DNA of 63,737 nt, filler included, from a bacterium (GTDB lineage: Bacteria > J088 > JAWLBW01), in assembly GCA_041690355.1 (NCBI GenBank). It is 3 parts of 3 records of this genome, joined end to end, with 100 filler letters (N's around TTAATTAATTAA, not from the genome) between each part and the next. Parts side by side here need not be neighbours in the genome. Positions count along the whole stretch, not along the records: positions 25,789 to 46,521 come from JAWLHK010000035.1; positions 46,622 to 63,737 come from JAWLHK010000037.1; 1 more part is not named here. The stretch is one strand, 5' to 3'. The notes below the pieces were generated by a model. It saw only the letters and a program-made list of their open reading frames with translations. It searched no databases and was not told where the DNA came from. The translations under genes were made by a program, and so were the position numbers. Positions 40,596 through 53,283 of the stretch are shown one piece after another; the first letter of the stretch is position 1; every line of letters begins with the position of its first letter.

Positions 40596-40626
40596 CATGT
40601 CAGACCCGAACGAAAGGAGTTCGAAC

Positions 40627-43079
<2,453 letters not shown>

Positions 43080-43083
<4 letters not shown>

Positions 43084-44132
43084 AAAAGGTGACTCTTGCC
43101 AATCCGGGACGTTATCAAGGCGCAGTTGCCGACCTGCCCGAGGGGTCGACCGTGCTGGACGCCGCTCTTCAGGCAGGCATCCCGTATCCGCACTCGTGTC
43201 GCGGCGGGCGCTGCGGTGCATGTAAATCGAGGCTCATCGAAGGGAGCGTCGAGCACCTGCCGAGTCTCCGCTTCACCCTGACGGAAGAGGAGAAGCGGGC
43301 TGACTACTTTCTCGCCTGTCGCGCAAGGGCCTTGAGCGACATTACGGCGGCCTGGCTTCGCGAGCAGGACGGGACGACACCGCCGCACAGCTTCTCTGCC
43401 TTCGTGGCGCGCTCGGAGACCTTGACCCACGACATCCGGAGGCTTGAGCTCGAACTGGAGCGTCCCGCCGTGTTCCGTCCCGGGCAGTATGCGCAGCTTC
43501 GAATCGGCGGATGTGCGGCGCGCAGTTTCTCCATGGCCAACCAGCCAGGTTCGCGGCGGCTCGTGTTCTATATCCGGCGCGTCGAGGGGGGCTGCGCAAG
43601 CCGCGCGGTCGAACGTCTTCGGCCGGGAGACGTTGTCACCGGAACGGGCCCGCATGGCGACGCCTTTCTGCACGGCGCACACAGCGGACCGATTCTCGCC
43701 GTCGCCGGGGGCTCCGGGCTCGCTCCGATTCAATCGATCGTCGAAGGGGCCCTTGCGGCGGGCTTCCGGCAGCCGATCCACCTGTATTTCGGCGCGCGGA
43801 GCGGACGCGATCTCTATCTCCTCTCGCATTTCCTTACCCTGGAGCAGCAGTATGCCAACCTGCGGTTCGTACCCGTGATCGATGACGGCACGGGCTCTTC
43901 ACTCGTGCGCCGAGGGCGAATCGCAGACGCCCTGGCGGCAGACTGGCCGACCTTTGCCGGAAACTGGCAGACTTATCTGGCGGGTCCGCCGCCGATGGTC
44001 GAGGCGCTGTCGAGGCTCGTGACCGAACGCGGCGTCGCCCCCGACCAGGTCTACAGCGACCCCTTTCTTACCACCGGCGAACTTGCGGCCGACGACCGGC
44101 CGCCCGTGCAGCATCAGGAGGCGCAGTCATGA
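43080..44132 (+). CDS. 2Fe-2S/FAD/NAD(P)H oxidoreductase (ferredoxin-NAD reductase family)
   Basis: [10 protein letters not shown]...LAC 2Fe-2S motif; [13 protein letters not shown] and AGPPPMV; ATGA overlaps with copA and cueR. Confidence 0.9.
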
Positions 44133-44518
44133 ACATCGGAGAAGCCGCGACACAGTCGGGGGTGAACGCGAAGCTCATACGCCACTACGAGTCGATCGGA
44201 ATCATCCCCAAGGCGGCGCGCACCGGTTCGGGCTATCGCGTCTACTCCTCCTCCGAAGTGCACATTCTGCGCTTTGTGAAGCGGGCGCGCGGCCTGGGGT
44301 TTTCCATGAAGGAGATCAAGAAGCTGGTGAGCCTCTGGCGCAACCGGTCACGGGCGAGCGCCAACGTGAAGGCCCTCGCGCTCGGCCACGTCGAAGAGAT
44401 GGAGCGCAAGATCGCCGAGATGGAGGCAATGGCGCGCACGCTGCGGCACCTGGCCGAGCACTGCCAGGGTGACGATCGGCCCGAGTGCCCGATTCTCGAA
44501 GATCTGGCCGGCTGCTGA
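44129..44518 (+). CDS. cueR: Cu(I)-responsive MerR-family regulator
   Basis: MNIGEAA...IRHYE.IG, SGYRVY, R.SA.VK and CQGDDRPECPIL metal loop. Confidence 0.93.
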   Translation: MNIGEAATQSGVNAKLIRHYESIGIIPKAARTGSGYRVYSSSEVHILRFVKRARGLGFSMKEIKKLVSLWRNRSRASANVKALALGHVEEMERKIAEMEAMARTLRHLAEHCQGDDRPECPILEDLAGC

Positions 44519-44744
44519 GCGCCAGCATGGAGGGTAAGGGGAAAAAACGCACGGCTCCCCCTTTGACAAAAGCGAACGACCGTGCGATTATAGAAGTGAA
44601 GCGACAAGTTTGCCTGCAGGCTGAAGGCGGGCCCATTTTCCGACGATGGCCCGCCTTCCAGTCGCCTGATAAAAGCACGAACGTTCTTGCGTATCCGGAG
44701 GGGCCGGCTCTGCAGGGAACGTTCCTCATACGTGGGAGCTCGTC

Positions 44745-45980
44745 ATGGGACAGGCCTATTTGCTCGATGCCGTGCGCACGCCGCGCGGCCGTGGAAAAGC
44801 GGGAAAGGGAGCGCTCTCGGGCGTCCATCCGCAGGAACTCTTCGCGCAGGCGATCGCGCGCGTCGTCGACCGCAATGCGATCCCTCGCGGCGAGGTCGAG
44901 GATGTCATTGCCGGCGCCGTCTCGCAGGTCGACGAGCAGGGGTGCAACCTCGCGCGCAACGCCGTGCTGAGCGCCGGATTCCCCATCGAGGTGCCCGGCG
45001 TGACCCTGAACCGCTTCTGCGGATCGGGGTTGCAGGCCGTGCAGTTCGCGGCCGCCAACGTCATGGCCGGCGTGCAGGACCTTCTCGTTGCCGGCGGAGT
45101 AGAAAGCATGTCGCGCGTGCCCATGGGGAGCGACGGCGGCAACGGCGACGGCAACAACGATCATCTGCGGCGGCGCTACTTCCAGGTGCCGCAGGGGGTG
45201 AGCGCCGATCTCATCGCGACCGTCGAGGGGTTCACGCGGGAGGATGTCGATCGCTTCGCGCTCGAATCGCAACGCAAGGCCGCCGCCGCCGTGGCCGACG
45301 GGCGGTTCGCGCGCAGCCTGTTCCCCGTGACCGATCCGGCAACCGGCGACGTGCTGCTCGCGGCCGACGAAACGCCGCGCGCCGACACCACGATCGACGG
45401 GTTGCTGTCGCTGCCGGCCTCCTTCGCCGCCGTCGGCGAAAACCAGGTGGGGTTCGCCGGGGAGACTCTCGACCAGCTTGCCCGGGTTCCCTACAGCGCG
45501 GTCGACGCCATCCGCCACGTGCACACGGCCGGCAATTCGAGCGGCCTGGCCGACGGGGCCGCCGCCGTGCTCGTCGCGTCAGAAGCCTATGTCCGCCGCA
45601 GCGGTCACAGGCCACGGGCGCGCGTCGTTTCGATGGCGGTCGTGGGATCGGAGCCGATCATCATGCTCACGGCGCCGTCGGCGGCGGTCGAGATTGCCCT
45701 CCGCAAAGCGGGCATGCAGGCCGGCGACGTAGACCTGTGGGAGATCAACGAGGCCTTCGCGGCCGTCGCCCTGCAGGTCATGCGCAAGCTGAACCTCGAC
45801 CCCGCCAGGGTAAACGTGAACGGCGGCGCGATCGCGCTCGGGCATCCGCTCGGCGCGACGGGGGCCATGCTGCTGGGGACGGCCATGGACGAGCTCGAGC
45901 GCGCCGACAAATCGACTGCCGCCGTGACCCTCTGTATTGCGGGTGGACAGGCCGTCGCGCTGATCCTCGAACGCGTCTGA
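44745..45980 (+). CDS. Acetyl-CoA C-acyltransferase (thiolase)
   Basis: [30 protein letters not shown] and CIAGG motifs. Confidence 0.95.
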   Translation: MGQAYLLDAVRTPRGRGKAGKGALSGVHPQELFAQAIARVVDRNAIPRGEVEDVIAGAVSQVDEQGCNLARNAVLSAGFPIEVPGVTLNRFCGSGLQAVQFAAANVMAGVQDLLVAGGVESMSRVPMGSDGGNGDGNNDHLRRRYFQVPQGVSADLIATVEGFTREDVDRFALESQRKAAAAVADGRFARSLFPVTDPATGDVLLAADETPRADTTIDGLLSLPASFAAVGENQVGFAGETLDQLARVPYSAVDAIRHVHTAGNSSGLADGAAAVLVASEAYVRRSGHRPRARVVSMAVVGSEPIIMLTAPSAAVEIALRKAGMQAGDVDLWEINEAFAAVALQVMRKLNLDPARVNVNGGAIALGHPLGATGAMLLGTAMDELERADKSTAAVTLCIAGGQAVALILERV

Positions 45981-46016
45981 GCAGCACCCGACGGCCCCGT
46001 GGCCGCCAGGCACTGA

Positions 46017-46153
46017 CGTCCCCTCGGCGAGCGCGCACGACAGCGACGCGTGGTGCAAGAGCGATCGCCGCGCGATGCATTCCTGATTCTTGATTCCTGA
46101 TCGACAAGGGCCGCGTGGGTGCACGGGGCCCTTGTTTCATCCCCCACTCTCCC
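46017..46153 (+). repeat. Direct copy of the antitoxin 3' end plus downstream hairpin (C1)
   Basis: 137 bp with 3 mismatches to 46385-46521. Confidence 0.9.
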
Positions 46154-46217
46154 CCTCCCCCACTCCCCCACTCCGCCCTATTGCGCCCCATGCATGCACA
46201 ATGCTAGCATCATGGAC

Positions 46218-46454
46218 ATGGCCAACGTGACCATCCGTAATCTTCCCGAAGCCGTCGTCCGGCGCATCAAGCGGGCCGCCAGGGTCCGGGGCGTGTCCAT
46301 GGAGCAGGAGCTCAGGGATCTGCTCGAAACCCGCTACGGCGCGCGCGAAAAACTGCTCGAGGATATCCGCAGCCGCTGGACATCCGTCCCCTCGGCGAGC
46401 GCGCACGACATCGACGCCTGGCGCAAGAGCGATCGCCGCGCGATGCATTCCTGA
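46218..46454 (+). CDS. FitA-like RHH antitoxin (no adjacent toxin visible)
   Basis: MANVTIRNLPEAVVRRIK..A...G.SMEQELRDLL; TG-c-TAGCAT 7 nt upstream of the ATG. Confidence 0.8.
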   Translation: MANVTIRNLPEAVVRRIKRAARVRGVSMEQELRDLLETRYGAREKLLEDIRSRWTSVPSASAHDIDAWRKSDRRAMHS

Positions 46455-46521
46455 TTCTTGATTCCTGATCGACAAGGGCCGCGTGGGTGCACGGGGCCCT
46501 TGTTTCATCCCCCACTCTCCC

Positions 46522-46621
46522 NNNNNNNNNNNNNNNNNNNNNNNNNNNNNNNNNNNNNNNNNNNNTTAATTAATTAANNNNNNNNNNNNNNNNNNNNNNN
46601 NNNNNNNNNNNNNNNNNNNNN
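46522..46621. other. Artificial contig-join spacer
   Basis: N44-TTAATTAATTAA-N44. Confidence 0.97.
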
Positions 46622-46623
46622 AG

Positions 46624-46869
46624 ATCGAGCAGCACCTGGTGCGCAAGGTCGAACCGGTGGCCGCGGTTCCGCCGGTGTCCGCCCCGCCACTCTCTTCCGC
46701 TCCAGCCGGCGCGGAGATTGCGCCACCGCCTGCCGCCGCGAAGTCCACCGCGGTCTGGTGGTGGACGGGGCTCGGCGTCCTCGTCACCGGCGTGGCGACG
46801 GCCGCCATCGTGGCCGCGAGCTCCGGGGATGCGCCGCCGCAGGCGGGCACCGTCGACATCCGCTGGTAA
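46624..46869 (+). CDS. 3' fragment of a membrane-anchored protein (PEGA-protein-like C-terminus), truncated by the contig start
   Basis: Pro/Ala linker then WWWTGLGVLVTGVATAAIVA TM segment. Confidence 0.55.
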   Translation: MEQHLVRKVEPVAAVPPVSAPPLSSAPAGAEIAPPPAAAKSTAVWWWTGLGVLVTGVATAAIVAASSGDAPPQAGTVDIRW

Positions 46870-46879
46870 GGGAGAAAAC

Positions 46880-48127
46880 ATGCGATCGCGAATCTTCGCC
46901 GTTGCGTTGCTGCTGGCCTGGGCTTCGACCGGGCACGCACAGGCTCCGAAAACGGGGGACGTGCTCACGCTCGTCATCGGGCAGACGCAGGTGCTGCCGG
47001 CGGGCGGCGTGCGCGACGTGGCCATCGGCGACGCCACCGTGGCCGACGTGAAGGCGAGCGGCGATCGCATCCTGATTACCGGCCTGCGGCGCGGCAGCAC
47101 GAACCTCACCCTGCTCGGCGCCGGGGGGCGCACCGAACATCTGATCCGCGTCTTCGCCGAAGATCCGCAGATGCTGGCGCGCGACGTCAAGGCCCTGCTC
47201 GAGGGGACCGAGGGGGTCAAGCTGCGCGTCGTCGGCGACCGCGTGGTCCTTTCCGGCGAGATCTACCGCGAAGTCGACGCCCGGCGCATCGCGCTCATCC
47301 GCGAGCTCTATCCCCAGGTGCTCTCGCTCGCCGAGTTCAAGACCATCGCCATCGACCGCATGGTGCAGCTCGACGTGAAGCTCATGGAGGTGAGCCATAA
47401 AGCGCTCGCATCCGTCGGCATCGGCTGGCCGGGCTCGCTTCCGCTGCAGGGGACCGGTTCCCTGAACGCGCCCGTGGATCTCGGCGTCGGCAGCGTCGGC
47501 CCGTGGACCGGCAGCCTGAGCGTCATCACGAACTTCGGCCCGACGCTCCAGTTCATGCTCGAATCCGACGTCGCCCGCATCCTCGCCAATCCGGTGCTGC
47601 TCGCGAAGAACGGGACCGAGGCGATGTTCCAGTCGGGGGGCGAGCTCCCCATTCCCGTGAATCAGGGGCTCGGGCAGACGACCGTGGTGTGGAAGGATTT
47701 CGGCATCATCCTCAAGTTTCTCCCGCGCGTCGATCCGTACGGCAACGTACTGCTCCAGATCGACGCCGAAAGCTCAGACCTCGATTTCGCCCAGGGGGTC
47801 GATCTGGGTGGGCTCTCGGTGCCCAGCCTGGTCACGCGCCGCACGCGCAACGAGGTGAACCTCACGATCGGCGAGACGTTGATCCTCGCCGAGCTCGTGA
47901 GCAGCCGCAACGCGAAGAGCGTTTCCAAAATCCCCGGCCTCGGCCACATCCCGATTCTGGGGGAACTGTTCAAGAGCCGCAGTTTCCGCGACGAAGACTC
48001 CCGCTTTCTCGTGTTCATCACCCCGCGCATCGTCAAGCCGGGGGATTCGACCGACGAACAGATCCGCAAGCAGCTCAAGGCCTACGAGGACGCCGAAGAC
48101 GACCTCGACGCCGGCATCCTCGACTGA
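46880..48127 (+). CDS. cpaC: Tad/Flp pilus secretin (CpaC/RcpA family)
   Basis: Signal peptide; VAIGD..VADV, G.TNL, A.FQSGGELPIP, WKDFGIILKF.P and KIPGLGHIPILGELFKS...FITP motifs. Confidence 0.85.
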   Translation: MRSRIFAVALLLAWASTGHAQAPKTGDVLTLVIGQTQVLPAGGVRDVAIGDATVADVKASGDRILITGLRRGSTNLTLLGAGGRTEHLIRVFAEDPQMLARDVKALLEGTEGVKLRVVGDRVVLSGEIYREVDARRIALIRELYPQVLSLAEFKTIAIDRMVQLDVKLMEVSHKALASVGIGWPGSLPLQGTGSLNAPVDLGVGSVGPWTGSLSVITNFGPTLQFMLESDVARILANPVLLAKNGTEAMFQSGGELPIPVNQGLGQTTVVWKDFGIILKFLPRVDPYGNVLLQIDAESSDLDFAQGVDLGGLSVPSLVTRRTRNEVNLTIGETLILAELVSSRNAKSVSKIPGLGHIPILGELFKSRSFRDEDSRFLVFITPRIVKPGDSTDEQIRKQLKAYEDAEDDLDAGILD

Positions 48128-48149
48128 CTCGAACCCGAAGGAGAGAACC

Positions 48150-51100
48150 ATGTTCCGCACGATCCTGCGTTCCGGTGTTGCTGCCTTTGCGTTGCTCGCC
48201 GCCTGCACGGTCGACCCGGCTTTGCCCGAGCTGTCGGGCGAACTCTCCATCGTCGCGCCGCGCGACGTCGAGATCCGCGCAGGGCAATCCATGCGCGCGG
48301 TCGTGAGCACCGTGGCCGAGCTCGAAGCGGTCCCCACGCTGACGGCCGCGCCGCTTCCCACCGGCGCGACCTTTGCCGAGCGCGGCGACGGCAGCGCGGA
48401 ATTCTTCTGGTCGCCGGCGACGGATCAGGCGGGGACCCACGCCATCGTCGTGTCGGCGGAAGCGGCCGGCAAGCGCGCCGAAGCCACGTGGACGATCACG
48501 GTGCTCGCGGCGCCGGTCACCGATACGGTCGACGAGGATCCGCTCGCCGTGATTCCCCCGCAGGTCGTCTGGGTGCGCATCGCGCCGGGCTCCTTCACGG
48601 CGGGCACCGCGCTGACCGTCGAGACCCTGGGCTGGCTCGATCTCACCGGCGCGTCCCCCGCGTACCGCTACGAGTGGTTCGTGAACGGCGCGGCGGTTCC
48701 TTCAGGCGCCGACGGTTCCGCCACGCTGGCGGCGGGGACCATCGCGCGCGGCGACGCGGTCGACTGCGTGGTCACGCCCTTGCGCGGGGAACTCGAAGGG
48801 GAACCGCTGCGCACGGCCGCGGTCACGATCGTCAATGCGCCCCCCGCCGCCCCGCAGATCCGCTGGAGCCCGCTGGGGATGACTTACGAGACCGCGGCCT
48901 TCCACGTGGACATCGTGAACGCCCCGGCCGACGCCGACGGCGACCCCCTCACGTGGACCTACGCGTGGACGCGCGACGGCGCCCCGGTGACCGACACGGC
49001 GACGGTGGACGTCTTCCGCACGTTGCGCCAGGGGCAGCGCTGGCGCGTCCAGGTCACCGTCGACGACGGCCACGGCGGTTCCGCTTCTGCCACCATCGAG
49101 CACACGGTCGATCTGCGGCGGATCCGCAAGCTGGTGACCGGCACGCAGCACACGTGCGCGCTGCTCAACGACGGCCGCGTGCAGTGCTGGGGGAGCAACG
49201 CCGCCGGGCAGCTCGGGCTCGACACGGTTTCCACGAGCGGGGTCACGCTGCCGACCGAGGTGCCGATCCCCCCCGCCGTCGATCTGGCCTCGGGCTGGCA
49301 ACACGTCTGCGCGGCGCATGAGGACGGCCGCGTCCGCTGCTGGGGGGCCAACGGTTCCTCTCAGCTCGGGCGCACGACTTCGCAGACGATCCCCGCGCTC
49401 GTCCCCGAAGTCGCCGGCGTGCGCGCCCTGGCGGCCGGGGGGAACCATACGTGCGCGATCCGCGACGATGCCACTGTCGTCTGCTGGGGGGCGAATGCCG
49501 AGGGCCAGCTCGGTTCCGCCGCCGGCGGCGTAGAGCGCAGCGCGACCCCGGTCGCCGTCGGCCCCTTCGCCGCGGAACCGCGCGCGCTCGTGGCCGGCGC
49601 GATGCACACCTGCGCGCGGCTCGCCGACGCCACCCTCGCCTGCTGGGGGAACAACGACTACGGCCAGCTCGGGACCGGCACGAACGCCCCCGCCGGAACT
49701 CCGGTGGCGGTGGGGAACCTGCCTCGCGTGGCCGCCCATTCCACCGGCGGGAACACGACGTGCGCGGTGGGTTCCGCCGGGTCGCTACATTGCTGGGGGG
49801 CGAACCCGTGGGGGCAGTTGGGGCAGGGGTCCACGTCGTTGTATTCGATGAGCCCCGTCTCCATCGCAGGAACCTGGTCGGCGGTGGCCGCCGGCGGCGA
49901 TCACACCTGCGCCGTTTCGGCCGATGGGAATTCCCTCTCGTGCTGGGGGCGCGACGACAGAGGCCAGCTCGGTGACGGCGCCGCGGGGCTCCCGAATTAC
50001 AGCCCGGCCGCCATCGCGCACGAAGCGGGGGCTTCGGGGATCGTGGCCGGGGTCTCGCACACCTGTTCGCTCACGCGGGGCGGCGCCGTCTTCTGCTGGG
50101 GCGAAGGGTCGGCCGGGCAGCTCGGCGAGAATCTCGCGCCGGTCGACCGCGCATCCCCCCGCCCGGTCTTCGGCACGCACGACATCGGCGTGGCCGAAGT
50201 GGCCGTGGGGGGGCTCTTCGCCTGTGCGCGCCTGCGCACCGGCGCCCTCAAGTGCTGGGGGGCGAACGAGGTCGGCCAGCTCGGCGCCGATACCGCCGAA
50301 GACTCGCCGTACCCGGTGACGGTGAAAGGGGTGACCGGGGCCATCCACCTGACGGCCGGGGAACGGCACGCCTGCACGGCCCGCGCCGATCAGTCGCTCG
50401 CGTGCTGGGGGGCCAACGATTTCGGTATGCTCGGCCGCGGATCGGCATCTCCCGCCTGGTCCGCATCCGCCCAGGACGTCGTCGGCGCCACGGGCACCCA
50501 GGTGGCGGCCGGACGCTACCACACCTGCGCGCTGAATGCCGCGGGGATCAAGTGCTGGGGCGAAGGGGTGCACGGCCAGCTCGGCGACAACACGTCGACG
50601 AACCGCACCGCGCCGGCCACGGTCACCCTCCTGAATTCGGGCGTGGCCGGCATCACCGCCGGCACGCGCCACACGTGCGCCTGGCGCGATGTTTTTTCCG
50701 CGTGGTGCTGGGGGCACGACGCCTACGGTCAGCTCGGCGTCGAGGATCAGATCAACCGCGACGAGCCGACGCGGGTGCGCTACAACGGCGCCAACGTGGC
50801 CTTCGCGGGCGGCATGGCGGGGGGCTACACGCACACGTGCCTGCTCGGGGCCGACGCCTACGCGGGGCAGGTCTTCTGCTGGGGGAACGGCGACGACGGC
50901 CAGCTCGCGCAGGGGGATGAGGCGAGCCTGAGTTCGGCCATGCCGGTCATGCTCGACGCGGCGAACCGGATTGTCGGCATGCGCGCCGTCGCCGCGGGCT
51001 CGGCCACCTCGTGCGCCGTCGGCGACGCGGGGCAACTGTATTGCTGGGGATATCCGCCCCTCGGAGACGGTACGGCGAGCCTTTCGCGCTATGCCCGCCC

Positions 51101-51299
51101 GATTCCGCTCGATCGTCCGGTGCAGGCGGTCTCGCTGCGCAAGTATTCCCCCGACAACCGCACCGTGAACGGCTGTCTGCTGCTCGAAGATCGCAGCGTG
51201 CGTTGCTGGGGCGATAACGCCTGGGGTCAGCTCGGCGACGGCACGGTCGAGGGTCGGCTCGCGCCGGCCGAGGTGGTGAACAGCGCGTACTGGTATTGA
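48150..51299 (+). CDS. Large lipoprotein: Ig-like domains plus many RCC1/BLIP-II repeats
   Basis: LLAAC lipobox; AAGGAG SD; many G..HTCA....G...CWG.N..GQLG repeats. Confidence 0.88.
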   Translation: MFRTILRSGVAAFALLAACTVDPALPELSGELSIVAPRDVEIRAGQSMRAVVSTVAELEAVPTLTAAPLPTGATFAERGDGSAEFFWSPATDQAGTHAIVVSAEAAGKRAEATWTITVLAAPVTDTVDEDPLAVIPPQVVWVRIAPGSFTAGTALTVETLGWLDLTGASPAYRYEWFVNGAAVPSGADGSATLAAGTIARGDAVDCVVTPLRGELEGEPLRTAAVTIVNAPPAAPQIRWSPLGMTYETAAFHVDIVNAPADADGDPLTWTYAWTRDGAPVTDTATVDVFRTLRQGQRWRVQVTVDDGHGGSASATIEHTVDLRRIRKLVTGTQHTCALLNDGRVQCWGSNAAGQLGLDTVSTSGVTLPTEVPIPPAVDLASGWQHVCAAHEDGRVRCWGANGSSQLGRTTSQTIPALVPEVAGVRALAAGGNHTCAIRDDATVVCWGANAEGQLGSAAGGVERSATPVAVGPFAAEPRALVAGAMHTCARLADATLACWGNNDYGQLGTGTNAPAGTPVAVGNLPRVAAHSTGGNTTCAVGSAGSLHCWGANPWGQLGQGSTSLYSMSPVSIAGTWSAVAAGGDHTCAVSADGNSLSCWGRDDRGQLGDGAAGLPNYSPAAIAHEAGASGIVAGVSHTCSLTRGGAVFCWGEGSAGQLGENLAPVDRASPRPVFGTHDIGVAEVAVGGLFACARLRTGALKCWGANEVGQLGADTAEDSPYPVTVKGVTGAIHLTAGERHACTARADQSLACWGANDFGMLGRGSASPAWSASAQDVVGATGTQVAAGRYHTCALNAAGIKCWGEGVHGQLGDNTSTNRTAPATVTLLNSGVAGITAGTRHTCAWRDVFSAWCWGHDAYGQLGVEDQINRDEPTRVRYNGANVAFAGGMAGGYTHTCLLGADAYAGQVFCWGNGDDGQLAQGDEASLSSAMPVMLDAANRIVGMRAVAAGSATSCAVGDAGQLYCWGYPPLGDGTASLSRYARPIPLDRPVQAVSLRKYSPDNRTVNGCLLLEDRSVRCWGDNAWGQLGDGTVEGRLAPAEVVNSAYWY

Positions 51300-51304
51300 A
51301 GGGG
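51247..51304 (+). repeat. Direct repeat D1 (3' end of the RCC1 gene)
   Basis: 58 bp with 3 mismatches to 53177-53234; the last 36 bp are identical. Confidence 0.9.
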
Positions 51305-51388
51305 AATCAGGAGGGGCCGCAGGATGCTCGGCCGCGACCGGCGATGCGAAGTGTCTATCGAGGAATCCGGGGCGCCGGCTGCTCTGCC

Positions 51389-51976
51389 TCACGGTTTCTT
51401 GTCGTTGCAGTACACGGCCTCTTCGCAGCTCCGGGCCCATTCGATGGTTCCGTTGATGGTGAGACTGTTCGCAGGGTCTTCAACGACGGTGGTGGCGTCG
51501 TAGTGGTAGAGTTGCGCCCGGACGTCTTGCAGGCTGACTTTTACGAACTCGTCTGTGCTGTGCACAACGGCGGTTCCATCGTACGAACCAAATACATCAC
51601 AAAAGAACCAGCACCCCGTGTCTGGCCGGACAATTATCGAAACAGACTGCGTGTCGGCGAATGAATAAACGGCGCCATCTGCCGGAAAGTCATGGAAACC
51701 GAGAATCAGCCTCGATGCCTCGAAGTCAAAGGAGCCCTCATCGGCATCGTAAATCTTGATGCTGCGCCTTTCTTCGGAAAGGTCGTTCAGGACAGCGAGG
51801 TGGCTCGTGTATGGATTCGGCAGCCGGTAGCGCTCGTCGGTGAGCTGCTGGTCAATCGACAGGTTGACTGACGACCAATCCACACGGGGTATTGGCCGTT
51901 CTGCCTCCTCGGCACAGCCTGCGAACAGGAGAAAAGCGAGTGCCAGGACGGTTCGGTTAATACGGCTTCGGTTCAT
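51389..51976 (-). CDS. Hypothetical lipoprotein
   Basis: LFAGC lipobox; lower GC; overlaps the upstream gene. Confidence 0.65.
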   Translation of the reverse strand: MNRSRINRTVLALAFLLFAGCAEEAERPIPRVDWSSVNLSIDQQLTDERYRLPNPYTSHLAVLNDLSEERRSIKIYDADEGSFDFEASRLILGFHDFPADGAVYSFADTQSVSIIVRPDTGCWFFCDVFGSYDGTAVVHSTDEFVKVSLQDVRAQLYHYDATTVVEDPANSLTINGTIEWARSCEEAVYCNDKKP

Positions 51977-53018
51977 AATTCAGGTCTGGAATCGACATCG
52001 TCGTATCGCAGCTGTAGTTGTATCGAAAGACGCGCCCCAAGGGATCATCGTCAGTCCCCCATAAGCCGTCCGCACCTGCGCCACTGGCCCTTGCAACGAG
52101 CGTGAGTCTCGATAGCTCGTCGTACTGAAAGGTTTCGTCGATAATCAAATTGCCATATGTAGTGTGCTCCCTGAGCAACGTGCCGTCTGATCGACGATAG
52201 TAGTCGGTAGCCAGCCCGGGCACGTCATCTTCAGTCAGCCATTCTGCGTCTTCACCCGCGTTCGAGTAGTAAACGATGGAGGCGAGGGCAGTGCCTTCAA
52301 AGGTATATCTGATTATGTTGGCCGGTGAGGATACAGGTGACGTCAGAACTCTCGCATACGTGAGCGTCCCGCCAGAGAAGATGTACTCTTGTATATGCGA
52401 CGGTTCGTCGTCGTCGGTCATCCATTGGCCGTCCTGGCCGGGAGAGGCAAATTGCAGGCGTCGCCCTAATCGACCGTCGGTATACTCGAACTTTACATAC
52501 ATCAGGAGACTGGCAAGCTCCTCAGTTACGGTTTCGCCTCCGGCATAGTAGAATCGTTTTTTCTGTATCCGACCGGAATCATCCAGCTCCCACGTCGTTA
52601 TCGAGTCGACAGAGTCATCTGCGGTTCCCCAAAGCTTATCCGGCCCCATGTCACGTGAGGTGACAATTCGCCTTGCCAGACTGGGCGAGCTGGGGTCGGT
52701 CTCAATGGCGGCATAGACAATAGTGTCGTCCATCGTTTTCCACTCGCCGTCATCGCCGGCAGACAAGTAAAACGTCACTTGCACCGGATAGCCGTTTACA
52801 AGCGTGTCCTCTCGCGCTGAGGAAAGAACGTCGTCCTCGGTGAGCCATTCGCCGTCTGACCCCGGGTCCTGATAGGTCTCTGCGAGCACGGTACAGGTTT
52901 CCAGCCGCTGCGCAGGAGGGTCCGGCTCGTTTGGCAGATCTGAGCTGGTTGTGCTGCGTTCCTCAACACCGCAGGCAGCGACAGAGAGGAATAAGACAAA
53001 AGCCCGTGCTCGCAACAT
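51957..53018 (-). CDS. Lipoprotein with six GxDGxWxTxDD repeats
   Basis: VAAC lipobox; GSDGEWLTEDD, GDDGEWKTMDD, GPDKLWGTADD, GQDGQWMTDDD, GEDAEWLTEDD and GADGLWGTDDD. Confidence 0.75.
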   Translation of the reverse strand: MLRARAFVLFLSVAACGVEERSTTSSDLPNEPDPPAQRLETCTVLAETYQDPGSDGEWLTEDDVLSSAREDTLVNGYPVQVTFYLSAGDDGEWKTMDDTIVYAAIETDPSSPSLARRIVTSRDMGPDKLWGTADDSVDSITTWELDDSGRIQKKRFYYAGGETVTEELASLLMYVKFEYTDGRLGRRLQFASPGQDGQWMTDDDEPSHIQEYIFSGGTLTYARVLTSPVSSPANIIRYTFEGTALASIVYYSNAGEDAEWLTEDDVPGLATDYYRRSDGTLLREHTTYGNLIIDETFQYDELSRLTLVARASGAGADGLWGTDDDPLGRVFRYNYSCDTTMSIPDLNYEPKPY

Positions 53019-53176
53019 GGGGGTCCGTTCTAAAAAAAGAGAGGTGGGCAGGCAGCATGCGTCCGGCCACCTAATCATAAGTCACTACTTGTGGACCTAT
53101 CGCAATACCATAAACATGGTATTGCAGGCAGTGAGAAGAAGTGTTACCGCAATGTGGATTGCAGTGGTAAGGTCGC

Positions 53177-53234
53177 TCGAGGCTCGGCTTGCGCCGGTCG
53201 AGGTGGTGAACAGCGCGTACTGGTATTGAAGGGG
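53177..53234 (+). repeat. Direct repeat D2 (orphan copy of the RCC1 gene 3' end)
   Basis: Encodes ..RLAPVEVVNSAYWY* versus RLAPAEVVNSAYWY* in the gene. Confidence 0.9.
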
Positions 53235-53283
53235 GCTGCTCAGTCGGCTTCCCGGGCGGCGGCCATCGCAGGTGGCGGGGCGG

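Noticed and set aside
51247-53234. Diversity-generating retroelement TR/VR pair (also considered for 46017/46385)
   Set aside because: No reverse transcriptase is in the window, and the mismatches (G/C, C/T, C/T; G/T, G/C, T/C) are not adenine-specific on the coding strand.
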